A stretch of DNA of 64,000 nt, from the NCBI GenBank assembly GCA_903828265.1, contig CAIKLL010000009.1, forward strand, positions 19,877-83,876, read 5' to 3'. This DNA comes from an uncultured Rickettsiales bacterium. Lineage in GTDB: Bacteria; Pseudomonadota; Alphaproteobacteria; Rickettsiales; Rickettsiaceae. The translations under genes were made by a program, and so were the position numbers. This document shows positions 30,269 through 39,208 of the stretch, piece by piece. The notes under the pieces were generated by a model. The model saw only the letters and a program-made list of their open reading frames with translations, was not told where the DNA came from and did no database searches. Position 1 is the stretch's first letter, and the number at the start of each line of letters is the position of its first letter.

Positions 30269-31216
30269 TTATTTTAAATGTTTGTTGTTGTCCTGATCAA
30301 AAAACATTGCAAAGAATATTGATTGCATACCACTACCAAAGCAAAACAAAGTTAAAACTAAAGTTATCTCTGGAACCGTGTGAGTTGCACAGAAAACAAT
30401 AAACAACCTAATAAGGAAACAAAAGCCCAGAAACATAAAAATAAAGCCGTACGTATAAAATAGAACGAGAGGGTGAAAATCCCTTATTATGTATTTTTCT
30501 TTAAGCCTCCAAAAAAACATTTTTATTAGCAAAAAGCTAAGGGTCCATATAACCTTCCTCACTTTCAATTTAGAACGCTCCCCTACATTATATACAGGCT
30601 TAAGAGGAACATCTTGGACAATAAAATTGTGAACATTTAATCTAACTAAAAGATCATTTGGTTGGCCGTATCGTTTATAAGTCTTATCCCAATCAATACA
30701 TTGCAATGCTTCTTTACATATAACCGTGTACCCAGTTTGAGAATCAGAAACGTGCCAATAACCAGAAGCAATTTTAGTCAAAAGTGATAGAATAGCATTA
30801 CCAAAAAACCTGATTTTAGGAATATTGCTATAAGCGTCTTGGTATATTAATCTGTTAGCTTTGGAATAATGGACCTCACCACTAACTACAGGATCTAACA
30901 ATAAGGGTAAATCTTTAGGATCCATTTGCCCATCTCCAGCCATTACCACCGCTGCATCAATATTATTATCCCGTGACCACTTATATCCTGAAGCAATAGC
31001 ACCACCAACACCTTGGTTAGTCTCGTGATGAATTACTATAACCTTTTCATTCGCTTTACTAATTTCCTTAATAATCTTTAAAGTATTATCTTGACTGCAA
31101 TCATCTATTACTACAATATAATCAATGAAAGAAGGTATAGTATTAATTACTTTAGCGATCTGTGTCTCCTCATTATAAGCTGGTACGACTACTGATATTA
31201 CCTTTTCTTTGTACAT
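30269..31216 (-). CDS. GT2 polyprenyl-phosphate glycosyltransferase (GtrB/ArnC/DPM1-like)
   Basis: VISVVVPAYNEE...IVVIDDCSQDNT...VVMAGDGQMDP catalytic region plus two C-terminal TM helices, about 315 aa, the GtrB architecture. Start moved to MYKEKV (31216). Confidence 0.75.
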   Translation of the reverse strand: MYKEKVISVVVPAYNEETQIAKVINTIPSFIDYIVVIDDCSQDNTLKIIKEISKANEKVIVIHHETNQGVGGAIASGYKWSRDNNIDAAVVMAGDGQMDPKDLPLLLDPVVSGEVHYSKANRLIYQDAYSNIPKIRFFGNAILSLLTKIASGYWHVSDSQTGYTVICKEALQCIDWDKTYKRYGQPNDLLVRLNVHNFIVQDVPLKPVYNVGERSKLKVRKVIWTLSFLLIKMFFWRLKEKYIIRDFHPLVLFYTYGFIFMFLGFCFLIRLFIVFCATHTVPEITLVLTLFCFGSGMQSIFFAMFFDQDNNKHLK

Positions 31217-31406
31217 TGCTAGCAAATATTCCCTATTATTAAAACCCTAGAATCATAACAGCTAATTATACCTATTGCAATTTAAAAAATCTCCGATTAT
31301 TATACAGACGAAATAAAAAAAGAGACACAAAATTCCCTAACTCAAACTAACTCAAAGAATTAGTACACCAAGTAAAAACTTAGGTTTTACAGTAGAGAAA
31401 ATAATG

Positions 31407-31498
31407 TAAGGGTTATTTTTAGTAATAGGGAATAAGGGTTATAAAATAAATTATACAAAAAATATAGGAAGTTATCCTAAAAAAGGTGCTTAAGGGTT
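31407..31498 (+). repeat. three direct copies of TAAGGGTT in divergent promoter region
   Basis: Copies at 31407-31414, 31433-31440 and 31491-31498, all in the same orientation, inside the 454-bp gap between the GtrB-like gene (-) and the 474-aa membrane gene (+). Confidence 0.5.
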
Positions 31499-31670
31499 GC
31501 TGTAGCGTTATATAAGTAAGCAGCTAATATTAGTTAGCGCTTCAAACTATATGGAAGGATATCCCAAACTATAGAAATATTAGATGAAAACTTAATTTGC
31601 CCCCGCACCAAAATCCAGCACTATATGGATTACCTAGGAAAAAACCTAAATAAGAAATAAAAAAACCTCA

Positions 31671-33095
31671 ATGATAGCAGTAATTATACTTACTTTAAAA
31701 TATATTACCACCTACTTATTAAGCAGTTTAATTGTTTTCCATGCTATCAAAAAATATACTTCCTCATTTTATAATGAGAATAACTTTATTATAATTTTAT
31801 CTGTAATTGTAGGACCACTTTTAGCATCATGGCTGTTTATTCAATTTATCAGGTTCTTCCCTTATTATTCTGATCTGGCGTACATTTCTCTGTTAACTAT
31901 AACTGCTCTAACTTTACTTTTAATCTTACGTCCGAACTTAAAAAAATTATTTCCACGGCCTACCTTTACTAGCTTCCAATTGTCTACCCGGTATGACCAA
32001 ATAGCTTTACTTGCAATTGTAATAATAGTAAGTTTTGTTTTCTTTTATTTCATGGCTTTTTCTTTTATAGAGAATGATCCATTAGATTACCTTTTTTTAG
32101 CAAAACTGATATTAGAAAAGAAAACGGTAGATTTTTATCCAGCTATGGATGGAATAAATACCCATGGAATGATCTCGCCGTTTACTCACCCTCTTGGCTT
32201 TCCTGGATTTTTTGCCATTAATATGTTAGGTATTGATGATTATAATGCAGCTGTTTTTGCAGTAAAATTAGCATGCGGTTATTATTTAATAATAAGCTTA
32301 ATTTTTTTTACTCATATTTCTTCTGAATTTGGCTGTAGTAATATATATATTGCTAGCCTAATTTATATTTCTACTCCTTTCATTTTGTCGCTTACTATTA
32401 GATGCCATATAGATCCATATAGAATCCTATTATTTACTTTAAGCATCTTCACTGCATATAAAATCCTTAAGAAACCTACAAAAGCTGAGTTTATATTATT
32501 AGGGGTGATTACAGGATTATCTTGGTTTATTCATTCTTCTGGTGTATTAAATGTTTTTATAGCAGTAGGGTTAGCATGTTTATATGCTGTTTTTAAAAAA
32601 GGATTCCTTACTTCAATAAAACTGGGTTTATGGGCATCACTAGGATGCCTTGTATTACTTACAGCTGACTTACTACAAATATATAAAGCTACAGGTAGAA
32701 TCTTAGGAGACACAGAGAATATTGAGGTAATAACCCTGCTCTTAGAACATTATAAAAATTTTTGGCATGCTTTCCGAGACATAGGAAACTTACCAGCTAA
32801 TTTAATGAAGTTTAGTGTTTTATTTTTGGAGATACAACTATTCGGAATAACATACACTATATTTATTATTGCTATTGCTTTTGTAAAGGTCCGTAGTCTC
32901 AAATTAAATGATATGCAAATTTTTGCTTTACTAGCAATTAGCGCTTTTTATGGAATTGCTATACTTTTTACACTTATTAACGTTCAGGTATTCATTTTTA
33001 ACCCTAGATACCTTTTACAGCCAATTGGGTTAATATGTCTTTTTGCAGCTACTATATTTAATTGCGGAGAAAGTAGAAATGCAACAAACATCTAA
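31671..33095 (+). CDS. polytopic membrane protein, GT-C-like glycosyltransferase or O-antigen polymerase/ligase-type
   Basis: 474 aa, more than 10 TM. Acidic loop FIENDPLDYLFLAKLILEKK resembles the D/E-x-D loop of ArnT/PMT-type GT-C enzymes. Divergent from a GtrB-like gene. Family assignment uncertain. Confidence 0.5.
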   Translation: MIAVIILTLKYITTYLLSSLIVFHAIKKYTSSFYNENNFIIILSVIVGPLLASWLFIQFIRFFPYYSDLAYISLLTITALTLLLILRPNLKKLFPRPTFTSFQLSTRYDQIALLAIVIIVSFVFFYFMAFSFIENDPLDYLFLAKLILEKKTVDFYPAMDGINTHGMISPFTHPLGFPGFFAINMLGIDDYNAAVFAVKLACGYYLIISLIFFTHISSEFGCSNIYIASLIYISTPFILSLTIRCHIDPYRILLFTLSIFTAYKILKKPTKAEFILLGVITGLSWFIHSSGVLNVFIAVGLACLYAVFKKGFLTSIKLGLWASLGCLVLLTADLLQIYKATGRILGDTENIEVITLLLEHYKNFWHAFRDIGNLPANLMKFSVLFLEIQLFGITYTIFIIAIAFVKVRSLKLNDMQIFALLAISAFYGIAILFTLINVQVFIFNPRYLLQPIGLICLFAATIFNCGESRNATNI

Positions 33096-34275
33096 TAATA
33101 TATTGGTATCATTATTTAAAGGCTTAATCTTGTTGCTTATAATCTCTCAAGTAGTAGTTGCAGCCTTAAGGGAAATTCACCCATTTGCTCCACAACCATT
33201 GAAAATCACTCTTAATGAGAATACTAAACTAGCTCGTAGTTCTCTTTCGCTAGGAAATGTCACTGCTTTTCTTAATAATATGCCTGATGTTAACCATCTA
33301 CTTGTTTTGCGCCAAGGAGAAAATATTAAATATACTAAGCATAAAATTATCCACGCATATGACAAAAGAATGAGTAAAATTGCTAGTTCTACCTCTCTAT
33401 TAGAAACTATTAAAATCTTAAACGAATTAGGAATTAATTATATAGTTAATACTCATTATCAAGATCCTGTGATCTTGTATACTTTTCTAAAAGAAATAAT
33501 GAATAACCCAAGGTTTTCTAGTTTATTATATTTTGATGAGTATTATTCTGTGTATAAGATTTTTAACGAACCTAAATTAGAAAAAATATCTTCCACTTTA
33601 AATTTACGAATTTCCCGCTCTAATGATTTATTATTAGCAATATTTTATGATGCTTTTAAATTATATAAGATTAAAAACAACAATAAAAATTATAACTACT
33701 CTGAGTATCTTTTGGAAATAGAGGTAGAATCAAGTGCTATTACACCCCTTAATATAACTGCTACCTCTGACCACAAAAGAGGGAAATATAATATTGCCGC
33801 TGTTTTACTGCCAGGTAAAAATATTATCAAAGAAAGATTTATAACTTCTATATTAACTAAAGATCTCTTATTTTCCTTAAAGGCAAAGAAAAAAGCAAAT
33901 ATTAAAATAAAAAAAGCTCTTATAACCCCTGTAAGGGCTTATCAAATTAAATCTAATAAAATTCAAATACCTATCATAATTGAAGGAAAAGTATGCAGAT
34001 TGGATAACAATATATGTAAACTTGATGAGCTAAACAAAAAGGTTTATCCAGAGCATCAAAAAAATGATGATGTAACTCTAATAATAAAGGGAACAGGGAC
34101 AATTTGTCATTATACAAAAATGCGACTACTAGGAATTAACATTATTGACCTAAAAAATGAGTGCTTCTCTTTAGATAATAAACCACGCAAGGTTAATATT
34201 GCAGAAGATGAATATTTGGCTTTAACTACCCATGGGGCTTATTTAGAAATAAGCGAGGCTAAAATTGCTGAGTGA
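33079..34275 (+). CDS. membrane-anchored periplasmic protein, no family recognised
   Basis: ATG 33079 preceded by GGAG. N-terminal anchor ILVSLFKGLILLLIISQVVVAAL, then about 370 aa soluble. Overlaps the preceding membrane gene by 17 nt and the following flippase gene by 11 nt. Confidence 0.65.
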   Translation: MQQTSNNILVSLFKGLILLLIISQVVVAALREIHPFAPQPLKITLNENTKLARSSLSLGNVTAFLNNMPDVNHLLVLRQGENIKYTKHKIIHAYDKRMSKIASSTSLLETIKILNELGINYIVNTHYQDPVILYTFLKEIMNNPRFSSLLYFDEYYSVYKIFNEPKLEKISSTLNLRISRSNDLLLAIFYDAFKLYKIKNNNKNYNYSEYLLEIEVESSAITPLNITATSDHKRGKYNIAAVLLPGKNIIKERFITSILTKDLLFSLKAKKKANIKIKKALITPVRAYQIKSNKIQIPIIIEGKVCRLDNNICKLDELNKKVYPEHQKNDDVTLIIKGTGTICHYTKMRLLGINIIDLKNECFSLDNKPRKVNIAEDEYLALTTHGAYLEISEAKIAE

Positions 34276-35509
34276 TTTTTACTATAATATTTTAAAATCC
34301 AATTTTATTAAGAATTCCTTTATATTATTAGTAAGCCAGCTTATAGCAAAAATATTACCTTTAATATCTCTACTTTTTGCAATGAAGCTTTATAGTACAG
34401 AAGATTTTGGGAAATTTGGGCTTTTCATTAGTATTTCAACTATTACTTCTTCCTTTGCAAATCTTGCTTTAGATAATTATATAGTTTTATCGAAAGACAA
34501 AAAAGACTTACAACTATGTATTTTTTCATGCGTGTTATGGTCATCTCTTTTTTTAGTGTTACAAACTTTTTTATCTATCTTTGCTTATAAGTTTTTTTTT
34601 GGCGAATGTTATATTCTTTTTATTGGTTTGTATAGTTTTTTCCGATCTTTTTCTTTAGTAGGCACAAGCTTAGCTATAAAGTTTGAACATATAAGAGCTC
34701 TCTCGATAGCTCGAATTTTTGACTCTTTAATATTTAATATTGCATTTATAGGCCTTGGTTTCTATGGTGTAGGGTATATAGGGTTAATATTTTGTAGTTT
34801 TATTACATTCATTCCGAGTATTATTATGCCCCTAATTTTATGTAGGAAGGAGATAAATTTCTCTATACCTACTTTTGCTGAGGTGATAGATTTTCATCAT
34901 AGAAACATAGAAATACCAAAATATATAGCTTCAGCAAATCTTATAGAAACTTTAAGTAATCATCTGCATACCATATTATTTAATTTCCTATTTGATATAA
35001 AAGTTGTAGGCCAGCTTTTTTTTGTGCAAAGGATATTGGTCTCACCTATAATAATTATTCATCCTATAACTCAATATTTATTGAAAAGTTTAGATAATGC
35101 TGTTGATCTAACAAAAAGCTATAAGCTTATGCGTTATTTTTCTTACGCATATCTTTTGTTCTCTGCAGTAATAATATGGATTTTTGTAGCTTTACCCAAT
35201 AAGATAATACTACCTTATATTAAAAATGATTGGGAACAGATAGTACCAATATTTCAAATAATGGTTACTTTGTACGCCTTCATTTATTTACTAAAAATTA
35301 TTTCTCCTATTTTTTTTAAAAGTAAAACTCACCATTATATTTTAAATTATAATATAATAAGTTTGTTAGTTACTTTAGTTATAAGCGCAGTTGGATACTT
35401 TTTAAAGGCAACTTTTATAGTTCAGCTTTTATGCTTTTCAATAGCAAAGTGTATAGTTTGTTCTTACTTTATATTTATAGCTATTAGAATTGCTAAAAAA
35501 CATCGCTAA
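34265..35509 (+). CDS. second Wzx/MOP-type flippase-like protein
   Basis: 414 aa, about 12 TM, Wzx-like N-terminus (NSFILLVSQLIAKILPLISLLFAMKLYSTEDFGKFGLF). TTG start with GAGG 8 nt upstream. Confidence 0.6.
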   Translation: MLSDFYYNILKSNFIKNSFILLVSQLIAKILPLISLLFAMKLYSTEDFGKFGLFISISTITSSFANLALDNYIVLSKDKKDLQLCIFSCVLWSSLFLVLQTFLSIFAYKFFFGECYILFIGLYSFFRSFSLVGTSLAIKFEHIRALSIARIFDSLIFNIAFIGLGFYGVGYIGLIFCSFITFIPSIIMPLILCRKEINFSIPTFAEVIDFHHRNIEIPKYIASANLIETLSNHLHTILFNFLFDIKVVGQLFFVQRILVSPIIIIHPITQYLLKSLDNAVDLTKSYKLMRYFSYAYLLFSAVIIWIFVALPNKIILPYIKNDWEQIVPIFQIMVTLYAFIYLLKIISPIFFKSKTHHYILNYNIISLLVTLVISAVGYFLKATFIVQLLCFSIAKCIVCSYFIFIAIRIAKKHR

Positions 35510-36678
35510 CTATCTTTGTTAGAGAGAATCTCTAGGCATTTTTTTTCCCAAGAAAAGTGTTGTTTCGCATAATTTCTACTTGCTTCCTGGTATTTTTTCA
35601 GTAATTCCGGCTGTTTTAATAAAATTAAAACATGTTTTACCAAATCTTCTAAATCGTCTGGGGTATGGATCACTAATATGGCTTGATTTGCAAGCTCTAT
35701 ATTCCCTGGAACTCCACTTGCAATTATAGCTCTACCTGCGGAAGAATAATCACGAATCTTAAGCTTTGACACACCAATACTATTATTTAACTCTACAGTA
35801 GAGTTACTTAATGCTATATCAAAGCAATTTATAACAATATTTGCATTTTTTAACGGTATGCTCCCTAAAAAGTAAACTTTATTTTCAATACCTAATCTTT
35901 TTGCTTTTTGCTCTAAATTATTTCTCTCCGGCCCCTCACCCCCTATAATTAACCTAATATTATCGTTTTGCCTGCTTACCTTATATAAACATTCCAAAGT
36001 TAAACCCAGCCCTTGCCATTTTGTTAAAGCACCAATAAAACCCAAGTAAAAATAATCCGGATTAAGTTCAAGAAAAGATAAAGCTTGTATACGTTCAATT
36101 GGCTTAAACTGGTTTATATCTGTCCCGTTTTCAACTACCATACATTTTTTTTCTGGAATCCCACACTTGACTAGTTGGTTTTTTAATCCTTCTGTTACTA
36201 ATAAAACTTTACATGCAAGCTTGCAGTCAAACAATTGTATTAAGCGCCCTATATATGCAAAAAAACTAGGTACATTTAACATCTTCATTTCTTCTTGTAC
36301 CCAACCATTATGTTCAGTAATAGTCCTTACTTTCATAATCCTTGATATTAACAGAAGGATAAAGCTTAAAAAAGACATCCTAAGATAAAAAAACTGAGGG
36401 CGTTTTTTTATTAAAACCTTAAATATTGGCCAAATCGCAAATAATGCACCTAAAAAGCGAGGACGTAAAATTGGGTTATAATGAAAGATATAATTTAAAT
36501 TAGGAGAGTTATAAAAAAAAGGGTTATGAATTTCTTTCGTCGGTTTCGGAAGAATTACGGTTACCTTGTAACCTAAGTTAGCCATTCCATTAACAATACC
36601 TAAAACGTGTAAAGAACAGGCATTAGCAATGTTTAAATCTACCCCAGCATAATATAATATTTCCTTATCTTTAATCAT
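35506..36678 (-). CDS. GT-B fold glycosyltransferase, divergent GT4-like
   Basis: N-terminal YYAGVDLNIANACSLHVLGIVNGMANLGYKVTVILP and the C-terminal Rossmann half resemble GT4 enzymes, but the usual E-x7-E motif is not evident. Confidence 0.55.
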   Translation of the reverse strand: MIKDKEILYYAGVDLNIANACSLHVLGIVNGMANLGYKVTVILPKPTKEIHNPFFYNSPNLNYIFHYNPILRPRFLGALFAIWPIFKVLIKKRPQFFYLRMSFLSFILLLISRIMKVRTITEHNGWVQEEMKMLNVPSFFAYIGRLIQLFDCKLACKVLLVTEGLKNQLVKCGIPEKKCMVVENGTDINQFKPIERIQALSFLELNPDYFYLGFIGALTKWQGLGLTLECLYKVSRQNDNIRLIIGGEGPERNNLEQKAKRLGIENKVYFLGSIPLKNANIVINCFDIALSNSTVELNNSIGVSKLKIRDYSSAGRAIIASGVPGNIELANQAILVIHTPDDLEDLVKHVLILLKQPELLKKYQEASRNYAKQHFSWEKKCLEILSNKDS

Positions 36679-36864
36679 TTTTATTTATTTTGGAGCTAGT
36701 TTATTTATTAATCTATATTGAAAGATTTTCAATTAACTAACAGTAACCAGCATGACAAATAAGTGTATTTTAGCATTCTAATCACCAAACTGTATTGTTA
36801 TTTATTTACTAAGCAAAAAAGCGAAAGATTTTCAAGCTCATTACAGATAGCATAATACTGTTTC

Positions 36865-38532
36865 TTATACCAATTTTTTATGCTTATATTTTGGATTTCT
36901 GGAGTCTTCTCCCATATAGTTGGTAACGTAATTATGATAATCTTCATAGTTTCCTTCAAACCATGAAGCACTTCCATCTTTATCATAAGCAATAATATGG
37001 GTAGCTATTCGGTCTAAAAACCACCGGTCGTGACTTATTACAAAAACACAACCAGCAAAATCAAGGATAGCATCTTCTAAAGCTCTTAAAGTATCCACAT
37101 CTAGATCATTTGACGGTTCATCCAGTAGAATAACATTAGCACCGGATTTTAACAATTTAGCGAGGTGAACCCTATTTCTTTCTCCTCCTGATAACTGTCC
37201 TACCTTTTTTTGTTGAGCACCACCTTTAAAATTAAAAGCTGAACAATAAGCTCTGCTTTTGATTGACATACCTCCTAGTTCTAAAACTTCTAATCCTTCC
37301 GATATTTCTTCCCACACTGTTTTATTATCGTCTAAGTGGTCTCTTGACTGATCTACATAACCAAGTTTAACAGTATCGCCTATATTAACTTTTCCACTAT
37401 CAGCCTGTATTTTACCAGTTATAATATTAAACAACGTGGATTTACCAGCACCGTTAGGACCAATTATACCAACAATCGCTCCCGGGGGAACTCTAAAACT
37501 AAAATCGGAAAGTAGTACCTTATCACCAAATTTTTTCGATAAATTTTCAACCTCAATAACTAACTCTCCCAGTCTTGGTCCATTTGGTATGATAATTTGG
37601 GCAGTTCCGTTAACTTCATCCCTTTTCTTATTAAGCAGTTCTTGATAAGCATTTATCCTGGCTTTACTTTTTGCCTGACGTCCTTTTGGAGAAGCTTGCA
37701 CCCATTCCAATTCTTTTTTTAATTGTTTTGATCTATCTCCTTCTTCCTTTTCTTCTTTGCTGATTTTTTCGTGTTTCTGCTTTAGCCAGTCTGAATAATT
37801 GGAATGCCAAGGTACGCAATTACCTCTATCAATTTCTAATATCCACTCTGCAACATTATCTAAAAAATAACGATCGTGGGTAATTGCAACCACTGTACCT
37901 TTATATTCTTTTAAATATGTTTCCAGCCAAGATACTGATTCTGCATCTAAATGGTTAGTCGGTTCATCTAGTAGAATCATATCAGGTTTTTCTAGCAGTA
38001 ATTTACATAAAGCCACTCGACGTTTTTCGCCTCCTGATATTTGATTTATATTGGCATTTTTAGCAGGGCACCACAAAGCGTTCATAGCAATCTCTACTTC
38101 TCTCTCAATCCCCCAACCGTCACATATATCTATTTTTTCTTGCAAATCTGCCTGAGGTGCAAGTAAATCATTCATTTCATCATCCGACATTTCTTCGGCA
38201 AACCTATTACTAACCTCGTTAAATTCATCAAGCAGAGCTGTTTTCTCTTTTAATCCCTCCATAATGTTTTCAAAAACATTTTTTTCAGGATCTAAATGAG
38301 GTTCTTGAGACAAATAACCAATTTTTATTCCTTCAGCAACGAAAGCTTCTCCCTCATATTCTTTATCAAGACCAGCCATAATCTTAAGGAGGGTAGACTT
38401 ACCAGCACCGTTATGCCCTATTATGCCAATCTTGGCCCCTGGTAAAAATGATAACCAGGTTTCTTTTAGAATTTCTTTACCGTTGATAGACTTGCTTAAG
38501 CCTTTCATAACATAAACATATTGATAAGACAT
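36865..38532 (-). CDS. ettA: ABC-F translational throttle protein EttA
   Basis: 555 aa, collinear with EttA. Walker A GHNGAGKST and GPNGAGKST, signatures LSGGEKRRVAL and LSGGERNRVHL, C-terminal ...KYKHKKL. Confidence 0.9.
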   Translation of the reverse strand: MSYQYVYVMKGLSKSINGKEILKETWLSFLPGAKIGIIGHNGAGKSTLLKIMAGLDKEYEGEAFVAEGIKIGYLSQEPHLDPEKNVFENIMEGLKEKTALLDEFNEVSNRFAEEMSDDEMNDLLAPQADLQEKIDICDGWGIEREVEIAMNALWCPAKNANINQISGGEKRRVALCKLLLEKPDMILLDEPTNHLDAESVSWLETYLKEYKGTVVAITHDRYFLDNVAEWILEIDRGNCVPWHSNYSDWLKQKHEKISKEEKEEGDRSKQLKKELEWVQASPKGRQAKSKARINAYQELLNKKRDEVNGTAQIIIPNGPRLGELVIEVENLSKKFGDKVLLSDFSFRVPPGAIVGIIGPNGAGKSTLFNIITGKIQADSGKVNIGDTVKLGYVDQSRDHLDDNKTVWEEISEGLEVLELGGMSIKSRAYCSAFNFKGGAQQKKVGQLSGGERNRVHLAKLLKSGANVILLDEPSNDLDVDTLRALEDAILDFAGCVFVISHDRWFLDRIATHIIAYDKDGSASWFEGNYEDYHNYVTNYMGEDSRNPKYKHKKLV

Positions 38533-38555
38533 TATTTATTCTCTTGATAGTTAAT

Positions 38556-39206
38556 TTAAATTTTTTTTCTAGATCTTGCCCAATCTTCGTTAAATTTCTT
38601 CAGACCTACATCAGTTAAGTGATGGCTAATCATTTCGGACAAGACCTTAGCCGGTGCAGTTACTACATCAGCTCCACAAAGTGCTACTTGTTCTATGTGT
38701 TTAAGGGTACGAATTGAGGCAGCAAGGATTTCTGTTTTAATTCCATAATTATTATATGTTGTTCTTATATCAGCAACCAGCCCTACTCCATCTTTACCGA
38801 TATCTTCCAGCCTACCGACAAAAGGAGAAACATAAGTTGCCCCGGATTTAGCTGCTAATAATGCCTGATTCAAAGAAAAACATAAAGTCATATTTACTTT
38901 AATATTTTGTTTTGCGAAATAATTACAAGCCTTTATACCATCCCAGGTCAGAGGAAGTTTAATTACTAAATTATCATTTATTTCTAGAATTTTATTTCCT
39001 TCTACAATCATACTAGCATAATCATTAGATGCCACTTCTATACTAATATCTCCTTTCACAATAGCAGTAATTTTAGAAATAACTTCTGTAAAATCCATTG
39101 ACACAGAAGACATCAGAGTAGGATTGGTAGTAATACCATCAATGACGCCATAATCATTCAATTTTTTTATTTCAGTTAAATCTACACTATCTAAAAATAT
39201 TTTCAT
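38556..39206 (-). CDS. tal: transaldolase type 3B / fructose-6-phosphate aldolase family
   Basis: MKIFLDSVDLTEIKKLNDYGVIDGITTNPTL N-terminus, Schiff-base Lys context VIKLPLT. 216 aa. Confidence 0.85.
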   Translation of the reverse strand: MKIFLDSVDLTEIKKLNDYGVIDGITTNPTLMSSVSMDFTEVISKITAIVKGDISIEVASNDYASMIVEGNKILEINDNLVIKLPLTWDGIKACNYFAKQNIKVNMTLCFSLNQALLAAKSGATYVSPFVGRLEDIGKDGVGLVADIRTTYNNYGIKTEILAASIRTLKHIEQVALCGADVVTAPAKVLSEMISHHLTDVGLKKFNEDWARSRKKI

Positions 39207-39208
39207 AT

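Noticed and set aside
33335-33350. DnaA-box-like TTATCCACG (also TAATCCACA near 48640) as a hint of oriC
   Set aside because: These are single imperfect boxes inside coding sequence with no cluster or AT-rich unwinding element. The window gives no real evidence for oriC itself.
36798-36992. 64-aa ORF overlapping the 3' end of ettA
   Set aside because: It is a different frame of the ettA C-terminus running into the spacer, with no SD. ettA is full length and collinear without it.
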